DNA from: Candidatus Bathyarchaeum tardum
GTDB taxonomy: Archaea > Thermoproteota > Bathyarchaeia > Bathyarchaeales > Bathyarchaeaceae
Assembly (NCBI GenBank): GCA_024650005.2
Contig: CP122380.1
Coordinates: 1,344,001 to 1,408,000 of the forward strand
Direction: 5' to 3'
Length of the DNA: 64,000 bases
Under the pieces are notes generated by a model that worked only from the letters and a program-made list of their open reading frames with translations, searched no databases and had not been told where the DNA came from. The translations under genes and the position numbers were made by a program. Shown here one piece after another: positions 1 to 10,190 of the stretch (position 1 is the stretch's first letter; each line of letters starts with the position of its first letter).

Positions 1-1
1 G

Positions 2-577
2 GTGTTTGGGTCTGGAGAAAACACATTACCTGCTCCGATGCTTTCAGTTAACGAGATCGAGGAAGCCCTAGCTGTAGCTAATGTCAAGTATCTGAGGCTC
101 TTTGAAGTAATTAGCTGGCACATAGAAAATAATCAACCATTTCCCGTAGAATATGTTGCAGAGATTCTCGAGTTTGCAGAAGAGAATGATTTGAAAGTTT
201 TCTGGTCAGAGTGGAAAACTGATTCTCTACCCGATGTTGCAGTGTTCAATGCCATAGCCAACTATATCAATGGCTATGAAGATATTGTGACTGTTTCGTT
301 TGGAACAAACTCAGGGGAGGCTAAACCTGGCGCTGGGTTCTTGCAACTTGATGAAATGTTCGTTCATTGGGGTGCTTCAGTCCAATCATGGTATTGGCAT
401 ACTTACACTGGTGAGGACCCTGTTGATATGCCCCCCTCGCTGTTCGTGCAGCATACGTTGATAGCAAAATATGTTGGCGCCGAGCTGATTCAATTCGAGC
501 CTTACTGGTATTTCTTTGATAACAACGGGCATCCAACAGAAAAATTAGAGTTGCTTCATGCAATGCTGGTTTGGTAA
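2..577 (+). CDS. Hypothetical protein, 5'-truncated by the window edge
   Basis: 191-aa ORF with natural composition (Trp/Glu-rich, QFEPYWYFFD); no family recognised. Confidence 0.7.
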   Translation: MFGSGENTLPAPMLSVNEIEEALAVANVKYLRLFEVISWHIENNQPFPVEYVAEILEFAEENDLKVFWSEWKTDSLPDVAVFNAIANYINGYEDIVTVSFGTNSGEAKPGAGFLQLDEMFVHWGASVQSWYWHTYTGEDPVDMPPSLFVQHTLIAKYVGAELIQFEPYWYFFDNNGHPTEKLELLHAMLVW

Positions 578-793
578 CACCATCAGTTTATTGAATAAAC
601 TTTGTGGTTACAAAGTAATCATTTTTTAGCTATAAAAACAGGCAGTAATCTGAACTATAGATAGGGCACAAGTCGCAATGGTAGATATTGAAACATGCAA
701 CACAAAAAATGAGGATTACCCAAAGAGAAATGTTTAGTTTATGAACATGACAACTATTATGGATAGATGGTTTTGAAGATGCAATGCGTTTCA

Positions 794-1051
794 TTAATCT
801 TCCTGTGAAGCAAAACGAAGCATTAACTCCTCTTTACTCACACCATCATTGACAAGCCCTAAAATTTTTGTTATATTCTTTAAGCAAGATTTACAAACAA
901 CAAGTTCGTACCGAAGCAATAGTAATGTTTTAATTTGTTTACAGACAGGGCATAATCCCTTTGTGGTTCCAAGTAAAAGAGGCTCCTGCAAGCTATTTTT
1001 AACATTACCCTTTTCAACCAGAGCCCCTTTTGAATGTTCTAAATCACACAA
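794..1051 (-). CDS. Small putative zinc-finger protein
   Basis: Two CxxC pairs (CPVC, CKSC) in 85 aa; divergent from the RHH gene. Confidence 0.5.
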   Translation of the reverse strand: MCDLEHSKGALVEKGNVKNSLQEPLLLGTTKGLCPVCKQIKTLLLLRYELVVCKSCLKNITKILGLVNDGVSKEELMLRFASQED

Positions 1052-1380
1052 CGCCTCTACCTCTTAAGCATCGTTTTTTGGTTTCATGAAAAGTCAACAT
1101 GATCATCCTTTTCTGGCAGACAAATAGTTACTTTTTGTCTGACAAGTATATATCTCTTTCTACAATGTTAAACCATTTTAGTTGCCGAAAAATGACAACA
1201 AAAAAATATTCTAAATCAACAGTCCAAATTCATTCATTATTTAAACTCAATCCACGGAAATTAAACACAAAAACTCGAACGGAAATAACCCCCAAACTCC
1301 AATTTCGAGGTTATCGATCAAGTTGGCTCCAGTTTAATCCAACCAACTTCAATCCCCTCGTTTAAAGGTGAAATTGAAAT

Positions 1381-1611
1381 TTGATTAACGAAAACAAAAA
1401 GAGGGAACGAATAACAATTAGGCTTACCGCAAGATACATGGAATTGTTAAATAAACTAACAGAACAAGGAGTTTATAACAGCCGAAACGAAGCTATACGA
1501 GCCGCTCTGAGATTACTCTACGAACACCACGAACTAAAAATATCCCCTACAAAAAATATGACTCAACACAAGTCACAACCAAATTACACATCTCGTAAAC
1601 ATCCCAATTAA
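1381..1611 (+). CDS. Ribbon-helix-helix (CopG/Arc/MetJ) DNA-binding protein
   Basis: ERITIRLT beta-ribbon, helix, then GVYNSRNEAIRAAL, the typical RHH pattern; GGTGA RBS-like sequence upstream. Confidence 0.8.
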   Translation: MINENKKRERITIRLTARYMELLNKLTEQGVYNSRNEAIRAALRLLYEHHELKISPTKNMTQHKSQPNYTSRKHPN

Positions 1612-1781
1612 TCTTAAGGCAGTAAAAACTGTTAGATGCACAGGCACTAATAGAACAGGTTTTGAGAACATCTCCACATGCAAATGTAAAAACATATTTT
1701 AGTAGATCGAGAATCAAATTTGCTAGAACAATTTAAAAGAATGCAGAAAATGACTTCATAAAATCCTTACAAAAAGGGGAT

Positions 1782-1818
1782 GTTTCAATCCTTGTTTTGT
1801 TGAATTTCCTATTTTGAC
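1782..1818 (-). repeat. Solitary CRISPR-repeat-like unit, copy 1
   Basis: Minus strand reads GTCAAAATAGGAAATTCAACAAAACAAGGATTGAAAC: 37 nt ending in the canonical ATTGAAAC crRNA handle. 30 of the first 35 nt match 53651-53685. Confidence 0.75.
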
Positions 1819-1900
1819 ACGCGTTTTTGGCAGCTATTTTGGGCTACAATTATAAACCAATTAGTCTCTAGACTGATAATCAAAAAGGACGATTTAACCC

Positions 1901-3484
1901 GTGAGTACCTCATCAATCCTAGCCCAAAGTTCAGCCAAAAGTGGTCTTAATGTACTTTGGGGGCTGATATTTTCTTCAATAATAAGTGCAATTGGTACAG
2001 TAATTGTTGGGAACACTCTTGGTGACGAATTTGGTTTGATAGCAATTGCTCTTAGTGGTCCAACAATGATAACATACATCCGAGATTTGGGCATGGATCA
2101 GGCAATAATTAGACATACAACGCAATACCGAACCGAAAACAACATCGAAAAATTAAAGAACATAGTAATTGTTGGAACAAGTTTTGAAATTATACTTGGA
2201 ATAATTTTCACGGTGGTTTCCTTCTTTTTATCAGGGGTAATGGCAACATTACTGGAAAGACCAACAATAGTGCCCTTAATCCAAATTGCATCATTTACAA
2301 TATTAACAGGTGGCATTCTAAAAGCAGCCCAATCTGTGTTCATAGGCTATGAAAAAATGGAGTACCATAGTTTAACATTGGTAATTCAGTCAATTCTAAA
2401 AACTGCACTCATGGTGACGTTAGTTAATCTGAGTTTTGGACCTTACGGAGCAATTGTTGGACAAATACTTGGTTATAGTAGTGCCGCTTTGGTTGCTTTT
2501 GGACTTCTATATTTTATTGTTATAACAAAAATTCGGAAATTAAAAGGAAAAATACAATTTATTTCAACAATTAAATCCATGTTGACTTTTGGTTTGCCCC
2601 TTTCAATAGCTACAATTCTTGGTGGAATCTTAACTCAGTTTTTCATTTTTCTAACTGCAATTTACGTTAACGACGCGATGATGAGCAACTATTCGATGGC
2701 TCTAAACTTTGCGTCATTAGTAACCGTTTTTTCGGCATCTGTGTCTACGGTAATGTTTCCAACGTTTTCAAAAATTAAAGGATTATCAGACATGAAAACA
2801 TTACAACTTGTTTTTCAGTATTCCGTTAAATATACTTCACTTCTGATTATACCTTTGGCGTTTGCCGTAATCGCTTTGTCTATACCGGGAGTGGAAACCC
2901 TATTTCAAGATACTTATGAGTATACTCCACTGTTTTTGTCAATTTATTGCCTTTCTTTCATTTATGTTGCAGTTGGCAACCTTAGTGCAGGTTCTTTGAT
3001 AAGCAGTCAAGGAAAAACCCAAGTGAACATGAAAATTGCAATATTGACGTTCATTTTTGGCCTTTGTTTAGGTTTGGTTTTGATTCCATATTTTGGCGTC
3101 ATAGGCTTACTTGTATCTTACATATTTTCTGGTTTACCAGGGTTAATTTTAAGTTTAGTCTGGATAAAAAAACATTATGAGGCAACTATTGATTGGGTAT
3201 CATCAATTAAAATTGTATGCGTTTCAGCATTTTCAGCAACCATAACATATTTTGTAATTAATCAATTGAATCTTACTAGTTGGTTAGGATTAACCGTTGG
3301 AACACCCATTTTTCTCGGAATATATGTTGTTGTATCCCCAATGATAGGTGCAATAACGTATGGTGATACCAAAAACCTAAAAGATGCACTGAAAAATCTC
3401 GGTCCATTAGCGATTTTTATTGGTTTTCTGCTTTATCCTATAGAAAAAATTTCTAAAGCCAAACAGAAAAACAAAAACAATTAG
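1901..3484 (+). CDS. Oligosaccharide flippase (Wzx/MOP family)
   Basis: 527 aa with many TM segments; N-terminal DLGMDQAIIR and internal VMFPTFS motifs typical of polysaccharide exporters. Confidence 0.85.
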   Translation: MSTSSILAQSSAKSGLNVLWGLIFSSIISAIGTVIVGNTLGDEFGLIAIALSGPTMITYIRDLGMDQAIIRHTTQYRTENNIEKLKNIVIVGTSFEIILGIIFTVVSFFLSGVMATLLERPTIVPLIQIASFTILTGGILKAAQSVFIGYEKMEYHSLTLVIQSILKTALMVTLVNLSFGPYGAIVGQILGYSSAALVAFGLLYFIVITKIRKLKGKIQFISTIKSMLTFGLPLSIATILGGILTQFFIFLTAIYVNDAMMSNYSMALNFASLVTVFSASVSTVMFPTFSKIKGLSDMKTLQLVFQYSVKYTSLLIIPLAFAVIALSIPGVETLFQDTYEYTPLFLSIYCLSFIYVAVGNLSAGSLISSQGKTQVNMKIAILTFIFGLCLGLVLIPYFGVIGLLVSYIFSGLPGLILSLVWIKKHYEATIDWVSSIKIVCVSAFSATITYFVINQLNLTSWLGLTVGTPIFLGIYVVVSPMIGAITYGDTKNLKDALKNLGPLAIFIGFLLYPIEKISKAKQKNKNN

Positions 3485-3554
3485 GAAAATCTAATTTAAG
3501 CAATACCCCCTTTGTTTTAAGTTAATATCCTTTGTGAAGTTTGAGGTGAACTTT

Positions 3555-4661
3555 ATGGTTATTGTTTTGAATGACCCAAAAAAAGTCAAAGAAATTGATA
3601 AAAGTGATATGCTTGGTGATTTGGATAAAACTTCTGATTATTGTAAAGATGCCATTAAACAGGCACAAAAAGTAACTGTTGCCAAGAATGTTAAACCACA
3701 AAACATAGTTATTGTTGGAATGGGGGGTTCAGCAATAGGTGGAGAACTTCTCAAAGACTGGTTACGTGACACTCTTCCTATTTGTATCGACGTTTGTCGG
3801 GACTACACCCTTCCAGCTTACGTTAATGACAAAACCCTGATTATTGCAAATAGTTATTCAGGAAACACTGAAGAAACGTTAACTGCTTTTTTGTCTGCCA
3901 TACAAAAAAAATGTACAGTTGTTGCCGTAACTTCTGGTGGCCAATTAGGTGAATTCTGCAAAAAACTTCATCTACCTCACGTTTTGATACCGTCGGGTTT
4001 GCAGCCTCGGGCGGCTATTCCATACTTGTTTTTTCCAGTTGCAATTCTTTTACAAAAAATGGACATTTTATCAAATGTTGAAGATGAACTGGAAGAAGCC
4101 ATCAAAATTATTGAAGTAGTATCCAAAGAAAACAACGCAAATATCCCCATGAAAGATAACAAAGCAAAAACAATAGCTGAAAAGATACTGAACACTATTC
4201 CAGTTGTTTACGGGTTTAGGCAATACACTAGTGTAGCACATAGATTGAAGGCACAGTTTAATGAAAACAGTAAGGTTCCCAGTAAATCAGATAGTTTTCC
4301 CGAATTAAACCACAACGAAACCGTAGGTTATGATGCTCCAACAGAGTTGACCAAAAAATTGTCAGTTATTCTTATCAGAGACATTGATGAACCTTTAGAA
4401 ATAAAAAACAGGATAGAAACTACTGCTGAGCTGGTTCTCAAAAATGCCAATTCAATTTCAGAAATATATGCTAACGGTCAAAGCAAACTTGCAAAAATGT
4501 TTTCTGTTTTGTGTCTGAGCGATTACATAAGTGTTTATCTTGCAATTTTACAGAGTAAAGACCCAAGCCCCGTGAAAATAATTGACAAAGTAAAAGCTGA
4601 GTTAACCAAGAAAAACAGGATGAAAGAACATTTTGAAGCAGAGTTAGCTAAGTTGAAATGA
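3555..4661 (+). CDS. Bifunctional phosphoglucose/phosphomannose isomerase
   Basis: SIS motifs GMGGSAIGG and SYSGNTEET, plus FNENSK and PELNHNE; start moved to ATG 3555. Confidence 0.92.
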   Translation: MVIVLNDPKKVKEIDKSDMLGDLDKTSDYCKDAIKQAQKVTVAKNVKPQNIVIVGMGGSAIGGELLKDWLRDTLPICIDVCRDYTLPAYVNDKTLIIANSYSGNTEETLTAFLSAIQKKCTVVAVTSGGQLGEFCKKLHLPHVLIPSGLQPRAAIPYLFFPVAILLQKMDILSNVEDELEEAIKIIEVVSKENNANIPMKDNKAKTIAEKILNTIPVVYGFRQYTSVAHRLKAQFNENSKVPSKSDSFPELNHNETVGYDAPTELTKKLSVILIRDIDEPLEIKNRIETTAELVLKNANSISEIYANGQSKLAKMFSVLCLSDYISVYLAILQSKDPSPVKIIDKVKAELTKKNRMKEHFEAELAKLK

Positions 4662-4724
4662 ACAGTTTTATGTCTGTAATACTGTAGGACTGTATATTCC
4701 CAATTATTTGCGGAGCGTATACAA

Positions 4725-6269
4725 ATGAAACCCCCAAAAGACAAATATGAAATTATAAGCGAGATGGGAAAACGCCGAGGATATTTCTGGCCATCCTACG
4801 AAATATACGGAGGTTCCGGCGGATTCATTACGTATGGTCCTCTTGGTGCATTACTTAAACGACGATTAGAAGAAAAATTTAGAAAATTCTATCTTCAACC
4901 TTCAGGCATTGTTGAAATTGACTCTCCAGTTATCACGCCTGCAAACGTTTTGGAGGCTTCTGGTCACGTAGAAAATTTCAAAGAACCCACAGTAGAATGT
5001 GGAAAATGCAAAAACAAGTTTCGGGCTGACCATCTGCTGCAAGAATTTGCGAACATGACTGACACCCAAACTGAAAAACTTACGCTTCAAAATGTGGTAA
5101 CTGAACTTGAAAACTACAAAATCAAATGCCCAGATTGTGGCGGAATTTTTAGCAAAGCGGAACAGATTATGACAATGTTCCAAACCACTATTGGTCCTTA
5201 TTCTGACTCTATTGGTTATGGTCGCCCAGAAGCCGCTCAAGGAATTTTTGTCGAGTTTAAACGAATTTTTGAAAGTTCCAGAAGCCGTTTGCCTTTAGGG
5301 GTTGCCCAGATAGGGAGGGCTCTTCGAAACGAAATTTCTCCAAGACAAGGTCCAGTGCGACTACGAGAATTTACAATAATTGACATTGAGTTCTTTTTAG
5401 ACCCTGAAGACAAAAAATGTCCCTTACTAAGTGAGGTAGAAGACGAGACATTGCGTTTTTTGCTCGCAGAAAACAAAGTTAAGAACATTACAGAGCCCAT
5501 AGAAATTACAATCAAAGATGCATTGGCTAAAGGAATCATCAAAGAAGAATGGTTAGCCTATTTTATGGCGCAGGCTAAACGTTTTCTTGTGGAAATGGGG
5601 GTTCCCGAGGACAAACAACGTTTCATTGAAAAACTCGATTATGAGCGTGCTCATTATTCTCAAGAAGGTTTCGACCAAGAAGTATATCTGGACAGGTGGG
5701 GCTGGACCGAAGTTTCAGGGCATAACTACCGAACAGATTTTGACCTAAGCAGACACATGCAAGCAAGTGGAGTAGACTTAACTGCTTTTAAAGAATCTGA
5801 AGACGGTGGACGACGCTTTATTCCTCATGTTATTGAGCCCAGTTTTGGTTTAGACCGTCTAGTTTATGTTGCTTTAGAATATGCATATGCAGACAAAAAC
5901 AAACGAAAAGTTTTGGGTCTGCCTCGTGACCTTTCTCCAATTCAAATTAGTGTTTTTCCGTTAGTAAACAAAGATGGCTTGCCTGAAAAAGCAGAAAAAG
6001 TTTATCGCATGCTCCTTGACGAAGGCTTTACTGTAAACAAAGACGTTTCAGGTTCCATTGGTCGACGATATGCCCGAGCTGACGAAGCTGGAACACTACT
6101 GGGATTAACTGTGGATTATGACACTGTAGAAAAGAATACTGTTACTTTGCGTGACCGGGACAGCTGGAAACAAGTATTAAGCAATCTTACTGAGCTGCCT
6201 GAATTGCTGCATGGTTATTTCCGCAACAAACTAAACTTTGAAGATTTAGGAAAAATAATTGAACACTAA
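4725..6269 (+). CDS. glyS: Glycine--tRNA ligase (archaeal/eukaryotic type)
   Basis: YEIYGG, RPEAAQGIF, RNEISPRQG, HVIEPSFGLDR and anticodon-domain GSIGRRYARADE. Confidence 0.96.
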   Translation: MKPPKDKYEIISEMGKRRGYFWPSYEIYGGSGGFITYGPLGALLKRRLEEKFRKFYLQPSGIVEIDSPVITPANVLEASGHVENFKEPTVECGKCKNKFRADHLLQEFANMTDTQTEKLTLQNVVTELENYKIKCPDCGGIFSKAEQIMTMFQTTIGPYSDSIGYGRPEAAQGIFVEFKRIFESSRSRLPLGVAQIGRALRNEISPRQGPVRLREFTIIDIEFFLDPEDKKCPLLSEVEDETLRFLLAENKVKNITEPIEITIKDALAKGIIKEEWLAYFMAQAKRFLVEMGVPEDKQRFIEKLDYERAHYSQEGFDQEVYLDRWGWTEVSGHNYRTDFDLSRHMQASGVDLTAFKESEDGGRRFIPHVIEPSFGLDRLVYVALEYAYADKNKRKVLGLPRDLSPIQISVFPLVNKDGLPEKAEKVYRMLLDEGFTVNKDVSGSIGRRYARADEAGTLLGLTVDYDTVEKNTVTLRDRDSWKQVLSNLTELPELLHGYFRNKLNFEDLGKIIEH

Positions 6270-6358
6270 AAATGTTGTAGAACAGAAAAGCTAATTGTTT
6301 TTAAGAGACTCTCTCGTACTTAGATTTGTTTATAGCTTATTAGTTGTGGTGCGACAGA

Positions 6359-7018
6359 ATGGTATTTCCTGTAGAGACTGAAGAACGGGTAAAACGCAAG
6401 GCACTTGACGTTTCCAGAGACCATCTTAGAGAAGTAGTTGACATTTCACGCAAAATTTCTCAGCTAGTGTCATCATTTGTAAACGGCGATAAAGATTCAG
6501 TGAAACAGCTGTTTGAAGACATAAAAACTCGGCAACACAATGTTGATATTGCCCAACGCAACGTCTCACGAGAACTTGCGGAAATAGGCGCCATTTTGAT
6601 GAGCCGTGAAGACTTTTTGCGTTTCACTAACCTTTCAGGTAACATAGCCGATTATTGTGAAGGCATCGCTTTTCGTTTGCTTCAGATTATGGAGAAAGGC
6701 TGGAAAGTTCCAAACCAAATTAAAGATGACCTCGCAAAGCTTTCTGATGCAGTGTTTGATACCATCTTCAAACTACGAGAAACTGCAATGACGCTAAATT
6801 ATGGCACAAACAAGGCAATGGAAAAAGCCAGAGAAGTTGATGCCGCAGAAAGAATAGTTGATGATCTTTATCGTCAACTGGAAATAACCTTGATTGATAG
6901 CAAAATGGATTTTCCGTTAATGCTCTTATTATGGACTGTTGTTCAGCATTTGGAGGAAGCTGCAGATAAAGCCAAAGCTGCGTCTGATGCTGCGAGCATA
7001 CTGGCGCTCACAATTTAA
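6359..7018 (+). CDS. DUF47 / PhoU-like phosphate transport regulator
   Basis: All-helical protein with REDFLRF..IADY and E..VDDLYR..LEEAAD repeats. Confidence 0.8.
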   Translation: MVFPVETEERVKRKALDVSRDHLREVVDISRKISQLVSSFVNGDKDSVKQLFEDIKTRQHNVDIAQRNVSRELAEIGAILMSREDFLRFTNLSGNIADYCEGIAFRLLQIMEKGWKVPNQIKDDLAKLSDAVFDTIFKLRETAMTLNYGTNKAMEKAREVDAAERIVDDLYRQLEITLIDSKMDFPLMLLLWTVVQHLEEAADKAKAASDAASILALTI

Positions 7019-7032
7019 AATGTGACGTTTAT

Positions 7033-7593
7033 ATGCCAGAAAAGATTGAAACTGAACTGTTAGACAATTTTCTAATAGTCTGGAACCCAGAAGAAGGTTC
7101 CAATCTTTACAAAATGGGTTACTACGGCAAACCGGTGGGTATTGCTAAACCCAAAATTCCTGAATTTGATGTTCCCTTGATTCTTGATCTAATGGAAGGG
7201 GTTTATCTTCTTGAAACAAAAAAAATCAGTGTTGTCCATGGCGGACCTGAACACGCTCCAGTAAGTTTTTCTAAACTAAGAAAAAAAGCCCGAAAATTGT
7301 ATGAAGACTTTGAAGCAAAATATGCTGTTTACCGAGATTTACGGGGTCAAAAACTTATTGTCACGCCTGGAATGAAATTTGGTTGTGATTTTGCAGTTTA
7401 TCAACACGGTCCCGGAATAGACCATGCGCCATACATGATTACTGTGAGAAAAGCCAACGACGAAATTACAGCAACCGACGTAGTAAAAGCTGGACGATTA
7501 GCTACAACTGTAAGAAAACGGTTCATCGTAGCAATTCCAGATCTAGAAGCAGAAGATGTGCGTTACCTTATTTTCAAGTGGTTCAAAGCTTAG
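7033..7593 (+). CDS. endA: tRNA-intron endonuclease, catalytic (alpha) subunit
   Basis: VYRDLR..G.KFGCDFAVY..GPGIDHAPY..RLATTVRK with the Y/H/K triad; N-terminal GYYGKPVGIAKPK loop. Confidence 0.93.
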   Translation: MPEKIETELLDNFLIVWNPEEGSNLYKMGYYGKPVGIAKPKIPEFDVPLILDLMEGVYLLETKKISVVHGGPEHAPVSFSKLRKKARKLYEDFEAKYAVYRDLRGQKLIVTPGMKFGCDFAVYQHGPGIDHAPYMITVRKANDEITATDVVKAGRLATTVRKRFIVAIPDLEAEDVRYLIFKWFKA

Positions 7594-8080
7594 CTTTGCT
7601 TTTTTGGGTTTTTTCTTTAATTTTAGGCAAAATGGTTTTTTCGATCCACTGTTCACCTTGGGTAGTTAGCTTGAAATCGGGTTTTGCTGGATCAGGCTTG
7701 AAGACGATTCCCCGTTTCGTCATCTCGTTAAGGCGCGCAGGAACTACAGATTTTATTCCACTCGAAGCCAAAAGCTGTTTGACTTGACTGGCGGTGCTCA
7801 AGTTATTGTCTGACGCAAACAAGACCAAACCAATCGCCTCGTAATGGGTGAGTTTTTCACGAGTTGTAATAATCGGACCTTCTGTTGTGATTTCGATTAC
7901 TCCGTCAAGCAAAGTCTGCAGCGAGGGCGTCAAATTAGTAGAAATGAAACTACTTACTTCATTCATAAATTTCGGGGGCATATTTTTCAATGTTTTTAAA
8001 ATTTCCTCTGCACTTTCATCCTCAATCACAACTTCACCAAAAGGCGCCTTAACCCTAACCCGAATTTTTCCCATATTCAC
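7583..8080 (-). CDS. Hypothetical protein with C-terminal winged-helix-like domain
   Basis: VPARLNEM..RG..FKLTTQGEQW resembles the wHTH recognition helix and wing. Confidence 0.65.
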   Translation of the reverse strand: MNMGKIRVRVKAPFGEVVIEDESAEEILKTLKNMPPKFMNEVSSFISTNLTPSLQTLLDGVIEITTEGPIITTREKLTHYEAIGLVLFASDNNLSTASQVKQLLASSGIKSVVPARLNEMTKRGIVFKPDPAKPDFKLTTQGEQWIEKTILPKIKEKTQKSKAKL

Positions 8081-8293
8081 AGCATCCTACAACTAAAAAC
8101 ACACTTAACTTTATCAATCTTTTACTTTCTTTTACAAACAAAAAAATACAATTTCACATATTTACACAACATAATAGAAGTCTAATAGTAGTTAAATATT
8201 AAAAAAAGATTTTTTCTGAATTTTCTTCATAACCCACTTCTAAATTTTAAGTTCACAATGAACACTAAAACAATAAAAATGGAAAAAAGTTGG

Positions 8294-9049
8294 TTATTGT
8301 ACTGTATATCCGCCGTCTGCGACGATACATTGTCCAGTTATGAAGCTTGATTTGTCGCTTGATAGAAAGGCAACTAGGTTGGCGATGTCTTGGGGTTGTC
8401 CCCATCTGCCTAGGGGGATTGCTCGTTTGGTTTGTTCTTCGAGTTCTTTGTTTCCGGTTTTTGTTCCTGGGGTTTCTATTGGACCTGGAGCGATAGCGTT
8501 GACGTTAATTCCAAACTTTGCTAATTCTAGGGCAAGGGCTTTTGTGAATCCTACAATTGCGGCTTTGCTAGCAGAGTAATGGGTTAAAGCTGGAAAACCA
8601 ACGGTCGTGCCAGCTATAGAGGCGATGTTTACTATTTTTCCGTATTTTTGTTTTATCATCAATGGAGCAATCGCCTTTGTACAATGAAAAACACCGTTCA
8701 GGTTAACGTTTAGCACTTTGCTCCAGTCGTCTTTAGTTATATCTGTAAACATTTGCTGAGGAAAAATTCCCGCATTGTTTACCAAAATATCTACCCGTCC
8801 AAACTTTTTGCTGATTTGATTTATTGCTTGCTTTATGGCATCAAAATCAGTGACATCTAACTTAACAACCATTCCTTGTGAACCCATCTGTTCAATCTCT
8901 TTAACAACATCAGAAACATTTTCTGCAATATCAACTGCAACAACTTTCGCGCCATTTTGCGCTAGAACCAAAGCAACCTGTTTACCGATACCCTGACTGG
9001 CTCCAGTTACAACAGCGATTTTACCTGATAATTCACTCAAACATTTCAC
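8294..9049 (-). CDS. SDR-family oxidoreductase (FabG-like)
   Basis: TGASQGIG, LVNNAG, YSASK catalytic motif, VNAIAPG. Confidence 0.92.
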   Translation of the reverse strand: MKCLSELSGKIAVVTGASQGIGKQVALVLAQNGAKVVAVDIAENVSDVVKEIEQMGSQGMVVKLDVTDFDAIKQAINQISKKFGRVDILVNNAGIFPQQMFTDITKDDWSKVLNVNLNGVFHCTKAIAPLMIKQKYGKIVNIASIAGTTVGFPALTHYSASKAAIVGFTKALALELAKFGINVNAIAPGPIETPGTKTGNKELEEQTKRAIPLGRWGQPQDIANLVAFLSSDKSSFITGQCIVADGGYTVQ

Positions 9050-9181
9050 CTCCAGTTCTCAAAATTTGCATTCAACAACAAAATCCTATCATAATTTTCA
9101 ATGGATAATTTGTTAACATAATCTTACGTGTAAAGTGAATAAAATGTTTCCCATTCAACATAAATTAAACGTTCTTTACTT

Positions 9182-10111
9182 TCAAACCCCGAGCACAGCT
9201 AGCCATATGTTCAGGTAAACTATAGCGCCAACTGAAGAAATCAAAGTCAACGAAGCAACTGTTTCCCGATAAAAATCATAACGTTCACTTAAAACAGACA
9301 ACGCAACTGCAACAGGCATAGCATGCATAAGAATCAACACAGATTCTTCAATTATTGGCAACTGGAACAATGTCAAAGTAGCCAAAGCCACCAAGGGCAA
9401 GAAAATTATCCGTAAAAGGCTTAAACCAAAACCTAACTTTAGATTGGCATATTTTTTTCCATACAAAAATGCCCCTAACATAAAAACTGCAACCGCAGAT
9501 GTAGTGCCACCTACCATGTGCAAAAAAGTAGTCAAAGGAGAAGGAATTTCCAATCCAACTACAGAAATTAATATGCCAACAAAAATGGAAATAATCAAAG
9601 GATTCTTCACAAGGCGAATGCTAATATGTTTTAATCCCCCAAATTTTGAGGCTTTTTCAAGGCGATAAAATTCTAGTAACGCAATAGACAATGCTATTGA
9701 TGCGATTCCAATTGTTGCAGCTGCTAAGGTGGCTGTTTGTTCTATTTGAGCTGAAGGAAAAGCAAAGGTTACGAAAGGGATACCGAAAAATGCGGTGTTA
9801 CCAAATATTGTGCTTAATGTGACAAGATAAAACGTTTTTTTTGAAAATCTGATTATGATATAAAACAGAATAAAGATTGCCATAACCAAAAATATGGGAA
9901 TAATTCCAGCAAAAATAAACATTAAAGTTTCTGTAACAAAGGTTGTCTCAGCCATGTCAACAATAAACAAGGCTGGCAACGCAAAATAGTAAACATATGA
10001 ACTGAGGACCCGTTCGTCTCCAGTCTTTAGCACACCAAACTTTCTTGAAAGAAAACCAATGCCCATCAATAACAAAATGGGAACTGCTGTACCTATTAGT
10101 GCATCTGCCAT
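9182..10111 (-). CDS. AEC (auxin efflux carrier) family transporter
   Basis: About 10 TM; YFALPAL, GNTAFFGIPF, KNPLII, AMPVA motifs. Confidence 0.88.
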   Translation of the reverse strand: MADALIGTAVPILLLMGIGFLSRKFGVLKTGDERVLSSYVYYFALPALFIVDMAETTFVTETLMFIFAGIIPIFLVMAIFILFYIIIRFSKKTFYLVTLSTIFGNTAFFGIPFVTFAFPSAQIEQTATLAAATIGIASIALSIALLEFYRLEKASKFGGLKHISIRLVKNPLIISIFVGILISVVGLEIPSPLTTFLHMVGGTTSAVAVFMLGAFLYGKKYANLKLGFGLSLLRIIFLPLVALATLTLFQLPIIEESVLILMHAMPVAVALSVLSERYDFYRETVASLTLISSVGAIVYLNIWLAVLGV

Positions 10112-10190
10112 TGCTGTTCCTCAGTTTAGTTTTGTTCAATAATAAGAATAAGGTTTGCAGATTACATAAACCACAAGGGTGAGAATCATT

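Noticed and set aside
1240-1365. Short repeats (ACGGAAAT twice, CTCCA.TTT twice) resembling mini-ORB origin boxes
   Set aside because: Too short and degenerate, with no G-string and no cdc6/orc1 nearby; at most RHH binding sites.
1686-1722. Minus-strand GATCTACTAAAATATG as a degenerate second repeat for copy 1
   Set aside because: Weak similarity, no ATTGAAAC end, and the implied spacer (about 60 nt) is too long, so no CRISPR array is called.
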